Assembly: GCA_028534125.1 (NCBI GenBank)
Contig: CM052816.1
Span: forward strand, 59,770,001 to 59,834,000
Source of the DNA: Lama glama
Lineage: Eukaryota
Direction: 5' to 3'
DNA length: 64,000 nt
The notes beneath the pieces were generated by a model, which did no database searches, was not told the DNA's origin, and saw only the letters and a program-made list of their open reading frames with translations. Both the position numbers and the translations under genes were made by a program. Positions within the stretch are counted from its first letter, which is position 1. Every line of letters begins with the position of its first letter. Below, piece after piece: positions 1 to 11,770 of this stretch.

Positions 1-136
1 TGAATATAGTTCCTTGTGCTATACAGTAGGTCCTTGTTGTTTATCTATTTTATGTATAGTAGTTGTGTGTATGTTAATCCCATGGTTACCAAAGGGGGAA
101 GGGGCCTGTAAATTAGGAGTTCAGGATTAATATATG
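1..136 (-). mobile_element. Lineage-specific L1 3'UTR fragment with inverted 5' part (runs off window start)
   Basis: 1-80 is the reverse complement of the cetartiodactyl-type L1 3'UTR motif (gataaacaacaaggacctactgtatagcacaaggaactatattca). 81-136 is the adjacent upstream 3'UTR piece on the opposite strand (catggttaccaaaggggga...ggattaatata). Confidence 0.8.
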
Positions 137-610
137 ATTTGAGGGATGTTTCTTACTTTCTTAATGACCTAAACTTCAGTTTCATCCTGACCCATTTCTT
201 ATAAATTCCCATGTCTTCTCCTTTGGCAAAAACTAGATTCCATAGGCAGGACAGGATGGTAGAAAGCTCTTGTTTTTCCCCTGCTGTTGCACAGACCATC
301 AACTGTATAAATATTTCAAGTACAAGAGGTATTATGACTAAACTGTACATTCAATAAACCTCTTTTCAGCTCAAAGGGAAAATTTCCTTGACTTGGGCAG
401 GGCAGTTCAACGACACCCAAATGAAATAATGAATGTGAAAGCACTCTGAAAGTCAAGCATCCTGTCAGGTCATTACTGCATTAATGTGGTGAGTGTCATT
501 CTCTGCATTAGGATATGGGATGACGCTGACCAGCCATGGATAGATATACAGCTAAATGCTAGCGCAGCAGGGAAATGTAGTATCCCATTCTGCTCAAACT
601 GTTGCCTCCT

Positions 611-960
611 TGTCTTGGTCCAGGCTGCTGTAGCAAAATATCACAGAGTGCATGGCTTAGAAACAACAGAAATTTAGCCCTCACATTTCTGGAGGCTGCA
701 AGTCTATGATCAAGACTCTGGCAGATTTGGTGTCTGGTGACAGCCTACTTCTCAATCCATAGATGGCTGTCTTCCTGCTGTATCCTCACATGGTAGAAGG
801 GGGCAGGGAGCTCCCTAGGGCCTCGTTTACAAGGGAACTAATACCATTCATACCCTCATAACCTAGTCATCCCAAAGGCCCCATTTCCAAACACCATCAC
901 ATTGGGGAATGGATTTCAAAATATGAATCTGAGGGAGACACAAATGCTCAGTCTCTAGCA
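611..960 (-). mobile_element. MLT1A-type ERVL-MaLR solo LTR
   Basis: Starts tgtcttggtcc and ends ctctagca. Contains the typical MLT1A antisense motifs ttctggaggctgcaagtc, cctcacatggtagaaggg and caccatcacattgggg. Confidence 0.85.
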
Positions 961-2329
961 TTCCCAAATGGTAAACGTGTGCAAACGACTGCCCAAGAGT
1001 TTCAATGTAGGAGGACTAGCAGGAATAGAAAAGAGGAAGAGTGTACCGTATTCTGAGAGGAACCCCAAATAAGGAAAGATTGGGGCCATCTGCCTGAGGG
1101 TCCTTGATTCTCCATTGCTTACATTCCCTCTAGGGGACAGGGTGGGAGGAGTACGGTCACCTCTTGAGGTCACTTCCTGCCTTGGCAAATTTGACTGGAA
1201 GAATGAATTTGCGTAAAGAACAAGCTCTCTTTCCCTTGTCCCACCATTACTCTTTGTTTCCTCCTATGCCTCTACTCACCTTTCCCTTCGATGTATTTTA
1301 AAAATTATTTTTAAGACAGCTTTATTGGCTCCCCATCAAGGTAACAGTGTTTCTCCAAGTGTGATCCATAAATCTATGATGATTCCAGGGAATGTAGAGT
1401 TTGACAGTTTCAGAAGCTGTTGCATTGATCATAAGATACTAATAATATCACAGCATAGAGTAAGTAAGAGCTTGTAGAGTTACCAGCATGCATTTTGCTT
1501 CATATTTGGCTAAAACTACTGATGTACAGAATGTGGATCATGTCTCAGTGTATGTGGAGCAAATATGAAGGAGAAATGATCAACATTTTTTTTATTACAT
1601 TAGTCTTGAAAAGCCATGGTATAGAAAGAGAACATTTTACAATAGTTACCAAATAGTTATATGATTCATGAGATAGGTTTACTGGGATCAGAACCAAAGG
1701 GCATCATTTATATATGCTGCTGTGGAAATTAAAGGAGATTAAAGTAATTAAATGCTAGAATCCTACTGTTTGCAAAGAGAACAGCTGGCAGAATATTTCC
1801 TGATCTTGATCTAATATTGAAGTAAATGAGGAAAAATGAATATTATTATGTTCTAGCCATTGCGCATATATCTTTTTTGGCTAAATGAGCAAATAAATAG
1901 GCATCCTGTATTAAAACCTTGCTTTTTTCCATTAAGGTATGAGGAAGCCAAGGGGAAATTTGTCATAACAGTTTTTGACATGAGGAAAGTGAGAACAATC
2001 ATTTCTTCATGACACTGATAATGTCAATAAACACCATTTCAATGGTTTCAAGGGTTTTTCTCAAGAGTTCTATCTCAGAATATAGTCAATATCTTGAATA
2101 GACTAAACTCACTACTTGTGGACAGAAACAGTATAATTTTGAATGCTAACTAAATGACACCAGGATTTCTGATAAAGATTAAATTGAGCTAAATATTTGA
2201 ATTTCTACCAATACATTTTTTAAAGTTAGGGCTGGTGTTGAATATATTATTATATTTATATACTGTGTATTTTAATATTTCAATATATAAAATATATAAA
2301 CTACATTTATATTATGGTAGCTTGTAAGG

Positions 2330-2800
2330 GTCTTAATGATAAAGTGACATTTTAGTTAAGACCTGAAGGAAGTACAAGAGAAGGGCAAGTCCTGAGGATG
2401 TCCAGGGGAAGAAAATTCCAGTCAGAAGGAAAAGCACATACAAAATTTCTGAAGCAGAAACAGGTTTGGTGTCCACAGGGGTATCAAAGATGTCACTATA
2501 GATGGAGGACAGTGAGGAAGGTGATGAAATCAGAGGTAGCAGAGGATTGGGATACTGTGGCTTTGGCTTTTACTCTTAGATGAGAAGTCATTGGAGGATT
2601 TTGAGCAGAGTAGTGTTTATCTTCTTTTCAATGAGTTCACTCTGACTGCTGTGTTGGGAATAGACTGAGATAGGCAATAGCAGAGGAAAGGAAACCAATT
2701 AGCAGGCTATTTCAGTAACTGAGGCAAGAGAAGACGGTGGCTTATACCAAGCAGAAGCAGCAGAGGTGGTAAGAAATAGCTGGATTCTAGACATATTTCC
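2330..2800 (-). mobile_element. L2 LINE fragment
   Basis: Purine-rich L2 antisense motifs (gtgacattttagttaagacctgaagga, cattggaggattttgagcagag, gctggattctagacatattt). Confidence 0.65.
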
Positions 2801-2803
2801 AGC

Positions 2804-3660
2804 CATTTATTCAATAGATAGTTATTGAACATTTATGTACCTGTTACTGTCTTAAGTACTGAGAATGCCACGCTGAGCCAACTAACCAAACAAACAAAAC
2901 AAACACAAACCTCCATGGTCTCTCTTTTCCTTAAGTAACGGTATGTTTGATGATGGGGTGCTTGAGTAGAAACTGACAATATAGATGTAAATGAATAAGC
3001 AAGATTAATTTCCAAGAAGAATACATACCATGACACAAATTAACCAATGTAATGGAAAAGAGTACCCGGGGTAGGGGGTGGGTGGATGGACTTTGCTACT
3101 TTGGACTGTATGTCCAGGAAAGGCCACTGAGGAAGCAGTGACCTATCTGCTTAAATCTGAATGAAGAGAAGGAGGCAACCAAGTGAAGATCTGGTGGGTG
3201 ACTGTTCCAAGTGAAATGATCTATGAGTTCACAATTAGAAAGCTTGCTCAACAAACAGAGGTTAATTTGGTCATGTGGCTGGAGCACAGTGAAAGAACAG
3301 GAAAATGGTAGGAAGTGAGATTAAGGAGGAAGATGAATTATGCAGGACCTTGAAGGCCATAAAAAGGAATTTGGGTTTTATTCTAAGTATTTTAGAAAGC
3401 TACTGGAAGGCTCTAGATAAAATGGCATGATCTACTTGACAGTTTTAGAAAATTCTTCTGGCCACTTTGCAGAGGATTGATTCTGTTGAAACATACAAGT
3501 GGAGAGCTCAAGTAAGCAGTTGGAAATAATGAATCTGATGCTCAGGAGAGAAGTCAGGCTTGAAGATACAAGTTGAGGAGGCATCAATGTATGGATGATA
3601 TCGAAAAAGAAGGATATGAATGAAATGACTTCCAGAGTCAGAATGAGTGGCCAGGAGTCC
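2804..3660 (-). mobile_element. L2 LINE fragment including 3' end
   Basis: Begins with the L2 tail cattTattcaatagatagttattgaac. Continues with aggaaaggccactgaggaag and ggaccttgaaggccataaaaaggaatttgggttttattct. Confidence 0.7.
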
Positions 3661-4171
3661 GGACACAGAGAGATTGGCTGGTCTATTTCACAGATCACTC
3701 ATCTATCTGCCTCCTGTCATAGCAAGACTCTCTAGTTCTTATCTCCCATTGTCTCCTCAACCCACCACAGTAAGACATCTATCCCCACTGCTTTATTGAA
3801 TCTGCCTTGTTACAATCACCTTTCCTTCTCTGAAACACAAAGCAAATGGCTTTTAGTGAATGAATAGCAGGCAGGAGAACTGGGAAGAATTAGAACACGA
3901 CCTCAGTGATAGGACTGCAATGGAGAAAGAGCAATGCCTCCAACCGTTGAGGAGTGACAAATTCAAAGGCTGAGGAAGGTCTCACCATACTTGAGAGAAA
4001 ATACCCACCAGAAACACTGTAGCTTGGGTCTGAGTTCTCACACTTGAACTGCTTGCCTGTGTTTCTGATCACCATCTGCTCCTGAATTTCCTAAGGTCAA
4101 GCTTTACTCCCCATCTCTACAGCTCCAAGCTGGGCCTCCCCAGGGGCTGTGCAAGCCTGGCCTACCACCTG

Positions 4172-4360
4172 CAGCAAGCCACCAGAAGCTAGGAGATAAG
4201 AACAGAACAGATTTTCCCTCACAGCCCTCAGAAGGAACCAACCCTGCCAACATCCTGACCTCAGACTTCCAGCTTCCAGAACTGTGAGGCAGTAAGCTTC
4301 TGTTGTTGAAGCCACCCAGTCCGTGGTACTCTGTTACGACATCCCCAGCAAACTAACACA
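4172..4360 (+). mobile_element. MLT1C/D-type MaLR LTR, 3' half
   Basis: ccaccagaagctagg...ccctcagaaggaaccaaccctgccaacatcctgacctcagacttccagcttccagaactgtgag...aaactaacaca terminus. Confidence 0.85.
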
Positions 4361-6949
4361 GGACTTGAGCAGATGTATGTTAGACTCTCTGCAGAATTTT
4401 AGTCACATTTTCCATCTTTCATTAATAAAAGTGCCGCACAATTTGTCCACAAACGCTCATCTCATCCCAATCACCACAGGGAGGAAGAAAAAACAAGCCT
4501 GAGGTGTACATGCTAACACATGCTCACTCCTCTGAAGGAACTAAAGGGGTGCTGCTTAATTTAGGCATATTTCCAAAAGTCTGAAGAAAGGAAATCACAT
4601 TTAAAGCAAACATTTACCCCTGTTGCTAAGTAAATGCCTCACAACATTACTATAGTATCAGACATGAAAATGAAGCCAGAATTATGCAGTTGGGGCTAAT
4701 GCTGTCTATTCAGGCGCTAGTGAGAGACAAAGAGACATAGTTGCATTTTGTAGGATAATTGGCTGGCAGTGCGCAGCCTGCATTTAAAAACCATGTCGGG
4801 ACACTTTTGCATATCAGAAAACAATCTCATTAACACATTTCATGAGACACTTGTGTAGTCAAAGAATGTTAATTATTCTTGAGGCCCTGGATAAGGAATA
4901 CAATTCAAACCACTTCAGTTATAGAAAAAAAATCAATAATCCTTATATTGCCATTGGTAATGCCAAATTCATAATTCCATCTTTATTAATATTTCATCAT
5001 TTTACTGGAATAATTACTACTTTGTAATATAAGTAAAACCCTTAGGTGCTTGGGGAAAACTGGACATGGCCAGTATATTTCTTCCATTAACCTGACACAG
5101 TGGAATCTACTGAAATCAGGACTAGGATGGAATAAAGTATGCAAGAAAATAATGCAAGATGTATTATTTGTTGTTTTCAAATTTGTACAAAACCCAAAGG
5201 GTAAAAAGCAACCCACAACAACAGGTAACCTCCCCAGCTTTGATCTAGTGGTTTGAATTCATGAACCTTGCAGTGAACGAGACATTAGGCTCCACACAGC
5301 TGACCAAGGACTTTGGAAATCATTGCTTCTATTCTGATGCCACATTCTTGATCTGCCCCACCTCCACCCAACCCAGACACACAGGGCTCAAGACTCCTTC
5401 TGAGCAATTCAGACAGGACAGAACAGCACATGGAATCCACCCAGCCAGATCCTAACCAGCCTCAGTTCCAAAGCCTGTCTCTTAGAACTAAGGTAAGGGT
5501 GGGTCACGGGGCTCGTGCTTACCACCCAACCAGTTTGGGAGCATTGCTGTGTCATCGCAACAGCTTGACCTGCAGGCAACATGTACTCTGTTATGATACG
5601 GCAAGGACACCTCAGCTCATCTAGGGTCTGATTGACAGAGCAGCCTTAGTACTTGATAATAGTTCTTGAAATGTTTACAGAACGTCATGTTTCGCACCTC
5701 GGTGTAAAGCACACCGCGTGAAGCCATGCCGCAACCCATGTGGAGCTGGGGGACAGTGAGCGACTTGTTTTCCCGAGAAGGGGCAGTCTCTCTCTTTACT
5801 CCAAGCACTACTGAAGATGCATTAAATTTAAACGGAAACAAAAGAGACATAGAAGAGATTTGAAGAGCTTAGGACTCTAAAAGAAGAATAGTTTGTCTTT
5901 CTAAAAGGATTCAGAGTATCTTTGGTGAGGGGGTTTAAATAATGGCAAGATAGGTTTATCTTTCACTCATTTCGGAGCACCTATATACTGTGCACCTTGG
6001 AAGATATTGAAGGAATATGTAACACTAAACGGTGCCTCATGGTTTTAGGACTAGGTCTCTGCTCTTTTCTGTTGCTGTGAAATCCCACGGAACTGCAGGG
6101 AAGAAATTGGTTTATCCCTTCATCAATGAACACCTCACATCCCACCCATGGGCGCTCTCCCTTTATGTGTTTTTGTTGCTAATTCTCTTTAATTCCTTCT
6201 TCTCTGTGTTTAGTCTTCCAAAACTGACTCTGCACTATCCATTCAGGTAGTCCTCTAGAAGACAAAAAACTAAAATAAAAAATACAATGTGCTTTCAGAA
6301 ACAGTTTAATGCTCTCTGCCTTCAAGTTTAGTGTGCTCACATACAAAGAAAGATCTGAGAATTCACTCATTGCTATACTTTATTTTGGTTTGTAGGACTT
6401 CTCAATTGAAGGAAGTATTTTCATGTTTAGATATACCCAGGAATAGTGAAGGAAAAAGAAATGTGGATTTAGGGAAGGACTCACTAAGAAGGAAACATTA
6501 ACAGATGGGTGGGAAAATCAGCTTAGCACAGAAATAAAGTTATGTTAACCTTAAGTCCAAACTCAGATGGGCGATACATTGCTCTAAGGATCTGGAAGTT
6601 AAGCTTGAAAATGTCTGAACTCTCATGTCCCCAACTAAATTTCAAATTTGTGATTCCATGATTGGTTCAGCTTGACTAGAAGCAGAGAGGAAGGAAAATG
6701 GTACTTCTGCTCTCTTGTTTTCCCTCTTTGTGAGTCTCAGTGATAAACCATGAGCTAATGAGGGCAAATGGTTTGGGCCAACGGAAGAAAATTTGGAAAC
6801 CTTCTTGCTGCCACCTACATCCAGCTTTTACATTATTTCACTCAATGGATAAGATTTGGTAATGAGAGTTCAGAGAGTTAATCCTTTCCATCCCAGCTGG
6901 CTAGCAGCTCCCATAATCATAGTTTCCTTTATTCAAATGCTATTATTAA

Positions 6950-7395
6950 ATCATTCTTTCATTGGTTCATCAAAAATTTATTGAGCACACACTATGCGCC
7001 AAATATCATTCTAGATCCAGGGTTACAGCCATGAAACAGCTGACAAATGTTCTTGGCTTCATAGGCTTAACCTGTGGTGAGAGGAGATGGACATTAGACA
7101 AGTAAATACGTGAAACTGGAGGGTGTCAGATGGCTGAAAAGACTAGGGAGGGAGGAAAAGAAAGCAGGGAGGGAGGAAAAGAAAGCAGGAAAGGGCAATG
7201 GGGAGTAGAGGGGGATGAGCTGAGTATGGAAGTTCAAAGTAGGGGACACAGGAAAGACCTGGCTGAGAAGAAAGTATCTGACTAAAGGTCTAAAAAATTG
7301 GGAGAACTCGATGTGGATATTTGTAGGGAAAGCATTCCAGGCAGAGGGAATAGCAAACACAAAATCCTGAATGTGCACCAGATGAAACATTTGCC
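6950..7395 (-). mobile_element. L2 LINE 3' fragment
   Basis: Motifs aatttattgagcacacactatgcgcca and agcattccaggcagagggaatagcaaacacaaa. Confidence 0.75.
7145..7189. repeat. 21-bp perfect tandem duplication
   Basis: agggagggaggaaaagaaagc occurs at 7145-7165 and 7166-7186, followed by agg. Confidence 0.9.
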
Positions 7396-7599
7396 AAAGA
7401 GTGCCATCTCCCATGTTTTACCAAAGTAAATGTCACACAGAACATAATTCTACTCTAATAAGGATAGCCAACAACATGTGAATCTTGCTCTGAAAGTTTC
7501 AGTTTATTCTGCTCAGCAAGACTACACCAAGAATTTGATGGTATTAAGTGAGTGCCTTGGGACTTGGTCCATGTGTTACATCCATCTTATATAGCTTTC

Positions 7600-8110
7600 T
7601 ATTTGTTCTTATTTTATACTAATAATACATTAATACATAAATAGGTACTGAAAAGATAGCAACAAAAGAGATTTATACAGTGAAATGCGAAGGTTTCCTC
7701 ATCCCAATTTCCCTGTGCTTCTCCCTGTCCACCTACTGACTTCCTCATCCCAGAAGAAACTACTGTTCATTATTTGATATGTGTTCATCAGTCCTTTCAC
7801 CATGTATTTAAACATATAGTACGTGTATATGAAAGCATCTTTGTTCGTGAATGGGAACATATTTTACATGGTTTTTGACAACTTGCTTTTCTTGCTTAAT
7901 GACATAGATTTACCAGAATTAATACAGAAATACCTACCTCATTCTCCACTGACAGTGTGGTATTTCATGGTATGGGTTTACCACAAATTATTTCTGCTTC
8001 CTACTGATAATATTTTTTAAAAAAATTAAAAATATGAATATCCTTATACTCAACTTTTGGTAAACATATGTGTTTCTCTAGGGAACACAACCAGAATTTG
8101 TAGTAGAGGG
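7600..8110 (-). mobile_element. Old L1 (L1ME-like) 3' fragment
   Basis: Degenerate L1M antisense motifs (gacaacttgcttttcttgcttaat, gtatttcatggtatgggtttaccaca). Confidence 0.5.
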
Positions 8111-8129
8111 ATATATGCAGATTTTCACA

Positions 8130-11100
8130 AATTTTATTTTGGTAACAGTGTCTTTGAGATTTAATTAACATACCATATAACTCACCCATTTAAGGTATAC
8201 AAAATTCAATGATTTTCATATATTCATGACTATAATCAATTTTAGAACATTTCATCACTCTAAAAAGAAACCTCATACACTTTAGCCATCATTCCTCAAC
8301 CCCTCCCCCTAATCCCTCTCAGACCTAGGGTACCACTAATGTACCTCTGTCTCTATGAATTTCCCTATTCTGGACATTTCATGTAAGTGGAATCATACAA
8401 CTTGTAGTCTTTTGTGTCTGGCCTCTTTCACTTAGCCTAATTTTCCAAGGCTTGTTCAGAATGCGGTATGTATCAGTACTTCATTTCTATTTATGGCTAA
8501 ATAATATTACCTTATATGAATATACATTTTATTTATCCATTCATCAGTTGAAGGATATTTGGGTTGTTGACATCTTTGGGATATTACAAATAATGCAGTA
8601 ATAAATCTTTGTGCACTAGTTTTTGTGTGAACATATGGTAAATACCCAGGAGCACAAATGTTGGGCCATAAAGCAACTTCACTGTTAAACTTTTAAGAAC
8701 TGTCAGACTGTGCTATATATATAGTAGGACCTTGTTGTTTATCTATTCTCATACAGTAGTTTGTATCTGCTAATCCTAAACTATACTTCAATAAGAAAAA
8801 AGGAAAAAGAAAAAAAAAAACCTGTCAGACTGCTTTCCAAAGTGGTTGTACCCTTTTAAAATTCCACAAGCACTATCTAAGGTTTCCAATTTCTCTACAC
8901 CCTACCAACACTTGCTAGTATTTGTCTTTTTGATTACAGTCATCCTAGTGGGTGTTGTGTGGCATCTCATAGTTTGATTTGCACTTCCCTAAAGAAAATG
9001 ATGTTAGCTGTTTTCCATTGTTCATTAGATATTTGTATATATTCTTTGGGTAAATTTCTATTCAGATTCTTTGCCTATTTTTAATCTTTGTATTATTGAG
9101 TTATGAGAGTTCCTTTATATTTTCTAGATATAAGTACTCTGTTACATACGGTTTAAAATGTCTTCTCCCATTCAGTCCTTCTACTTTCTCTGTGGTGATC
9201 CTTGAAGCACAAAAGTTTTTAACTTTGATGAAATCCAGTTTAACTATTTTCTCTTTCACTTTTACTTTTGGTATCACATCTAAGAAGCCACTGCCAGAGC
9301 CAAGGTCATGAAATTTACCTCTATGTTTTCTTCTAACAGTTTATAGTTTCAAATATGTAGTTTTTTATTCATTTTAAGGTAATTTTTGTATATAGTGTAA
9401 GGCAGGGGTCCAATTTCATTCTTTTGCATGTGAGTATCTATTGTCCTAGCAATATCTGTTGAAAAAACTCTTCATTCTCCATTCAACTGTTTTGGCACCC
9501 CAGTCAAAAATCAATTTGCTATAAAACACAAGTTAATTTCAAGAATCTCTATTCTATTCCGTTGATCTATATGTCTGTCCTTAAATCACTATGAAATGGT
9601 CTCACTTACATTTGCTTTGTTGTAAGTTTTGATATCAAGAAGGGTGATTCCTTCAACTTAGTTCTTTTCCAAGATTGTTTTGGGTCCCTTGTATATTCAT
9701 ATAAATTTTAGGATCAGCTTGTCATTTTCTGCAAAGAATCCAGCTGGGATTTTCATAGAGATTGCTGAATATGTAGATCAATGTGAAGAGTATTGCCATA
9801 TTAATAATATTGTTTTCCTTTCCATGGACATAGGATGTCTTTCCATTTACTTATGCCTTTTAAATTTTATTCCAACAATACAAATTTTCAAAGTACAAGT
9901 AGTGTACTTCTTTTGTTAAAGTTATTCCTAAGTATTATTCTTTTTTATGCTCCTGTAAGTGAAATTGTTTTCTTAATTTTATTTTTGGATTGCAAGTAAA
10001 AAGAAAAAGAATTGATCTTGTATATTGCTCTTGTATCCAGAAAACTTGCTAAACTTTTTATTACCTCTAGAAGTTTTTTTGTGTGTGTGGATTATTTCAT
10101 ATTTTCTATATACAAGGAAACGACAGCTGAAAATAAGTATAATGTTATTTTGGGGCTTTATGCAAATGGCATTTATCAGAATGAGGAAGTGTCCTTCTAT
10201 TCTCAGTTGAACTGTTGAATATTTTTACATGAAGCGGTATTGGATTTTGTCAAATGATTTTTCAGCATCTATTGAGATGACCATGTTGCTTTTGTCTTTT
10301 ATTTTATTGACATGGTATATTACATTAATTGATTTCAGATGCTAAACCAACCCCACATTCCTGAGATAAATCCCACTTGGCCATAATGTAAAATCCTTTT
10401 TATATGTTGCTAGATTCAGTTTGCTAGTATTTTTGTGTGTGAAGAGGATTTTGTGTTTACATTTACAAGACATTGGTCTGTTGATTTTTTTTGTGTGTGA
10501 TGTCTTTGGTTTAGATATCAGTGTAAGATTTGGAAAGTATTTCCTCTTCTTTAATTCTTTTTGGAAGAATTTGTGAATAATTACTAATAATTTTTAGAAT
10601 TGTTAGAATTCATCAGTAGAGCTATTTGGGTCTGTATTTTTCTTCGTGAGTTTTTTGATTACTCATTTAATCTCTCTTATTACAGATCTATTCAGATTTT
10701 CTATTTCTTCTGGAGTGAATTTAGCTGGTTGGTTTTTCTAGGACTTTGCCCATTACATTCAAGTTACCCGATTTACTGGCACGCAGATGTTCACACTACT
10801 CTTTAGGATCCTTTTTCTTTCTGTAAAGTAGCTAATAATGTCATCTCATTTATTTCTGACTTTGGCAATTTGCATTTTCTCTCTATGCTGTTTTTTGATT
10901 AATCCAGGTGAAGTTTTGTCAATTTTGCTGATCTTTTTAAAGAATCAATCTTTCATTTTGTTAATTTTCTCTATTATTTTAGTCCTCTATTTCATAATTT
11001 CCATTCTAATTTTTATCATTTCCTTCCTTCCACTTGTTTCAGGTTTAGTTTGCTCTTCTTTTTCTATAGTCTTAAGGTAGATGTTTAGGTTATTGATTTG

Positions 11101-11390
11101 AAATATTTCTTATTTTTAATATAGGTACTTACAGTTATAAATCTTCTAAGTCCTCCTTTAGTTGTAATTCATAAAAATTTTTGTTCTGTGTCTTCATTTT
11201 CACTTTTCTCAATGTATTTTCTATTAACCTTTCTGATTTCTTCATTTGTTCATTGGTTATTTAGGAATGCTGTTTAATTTCTACATCTCTATTAATTTCC
11301 CAAATTCCTTTCTGTGTTTTGATTTCTACTTTCATTCTATTGTGGTTGGGGAGAACACTGCGTATGATTTCAATCCTTTCAAGTTTTTAA
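8130..11390 (-). mobile_element. L1MB-like LINE-1, ~3.2 kb, 3'UTR plus decayed ORF2
   Basis: 3' end tttgagatttaattaacataccatataactcacccatttaagg, followed by continuous antisense ORF2 motifs (cattcttttgcatgtgagtatc, ttcctgagataaatcccacttgg, tctattcagattttctatttcttc). No intact ORF. Confidence 0.85.
8695..8832 (+). mobile_element. Tiny 5'-inverted young L1 insertion with target-site duplication, nested in L1MB
   Basis: ctgtcagactg is repeated at 8700-8710 and 8822-8832. Between the copies lie ~70 bp of antisense L1 3'UTR, the sense terminus actatacttcaataa and an A-rich tail. Confidence 0.85.
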
Positions 11391-11579
11391 ATGCTTTACA
11401 TGCAGTTTTTAAAATATTTTATATTGTTATTAGCCCTCCCAAACCAGTACATATCTTCCCACTATGTGATTGATTAAAATATTAAAATGATTTCTAGAAA
11501 ACCATAATTCCTTTTCTGAATATATTTGGTTAATCACTAAAACTACCTGAAATATGGTTCTCTTGTGGAGATCAGAGAA

Positions 11580-11770
11580 TAATAATTACTTACTTAACAG
11601 TACGGTCTGTGCTAATGCTGTATATTTAAAATACTTATCTGCAATCCTTACTATAAAATAGGTATTAATATCCCTATATTGCTAAGGAGGAAATTGAGTC
11701 TCAGATTATTCAAGTAAGTTGTCCAAAATCACATGGAAAATGAGTAAATATTGAGATTAAGTCTCAAATT
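11580..11770 (-). mobile_element. MIR SINE
   Basis: Core motif gaggaaattgagtctcaga...aagtaagttgtccaaaatcaca. Confidence 0.6.
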
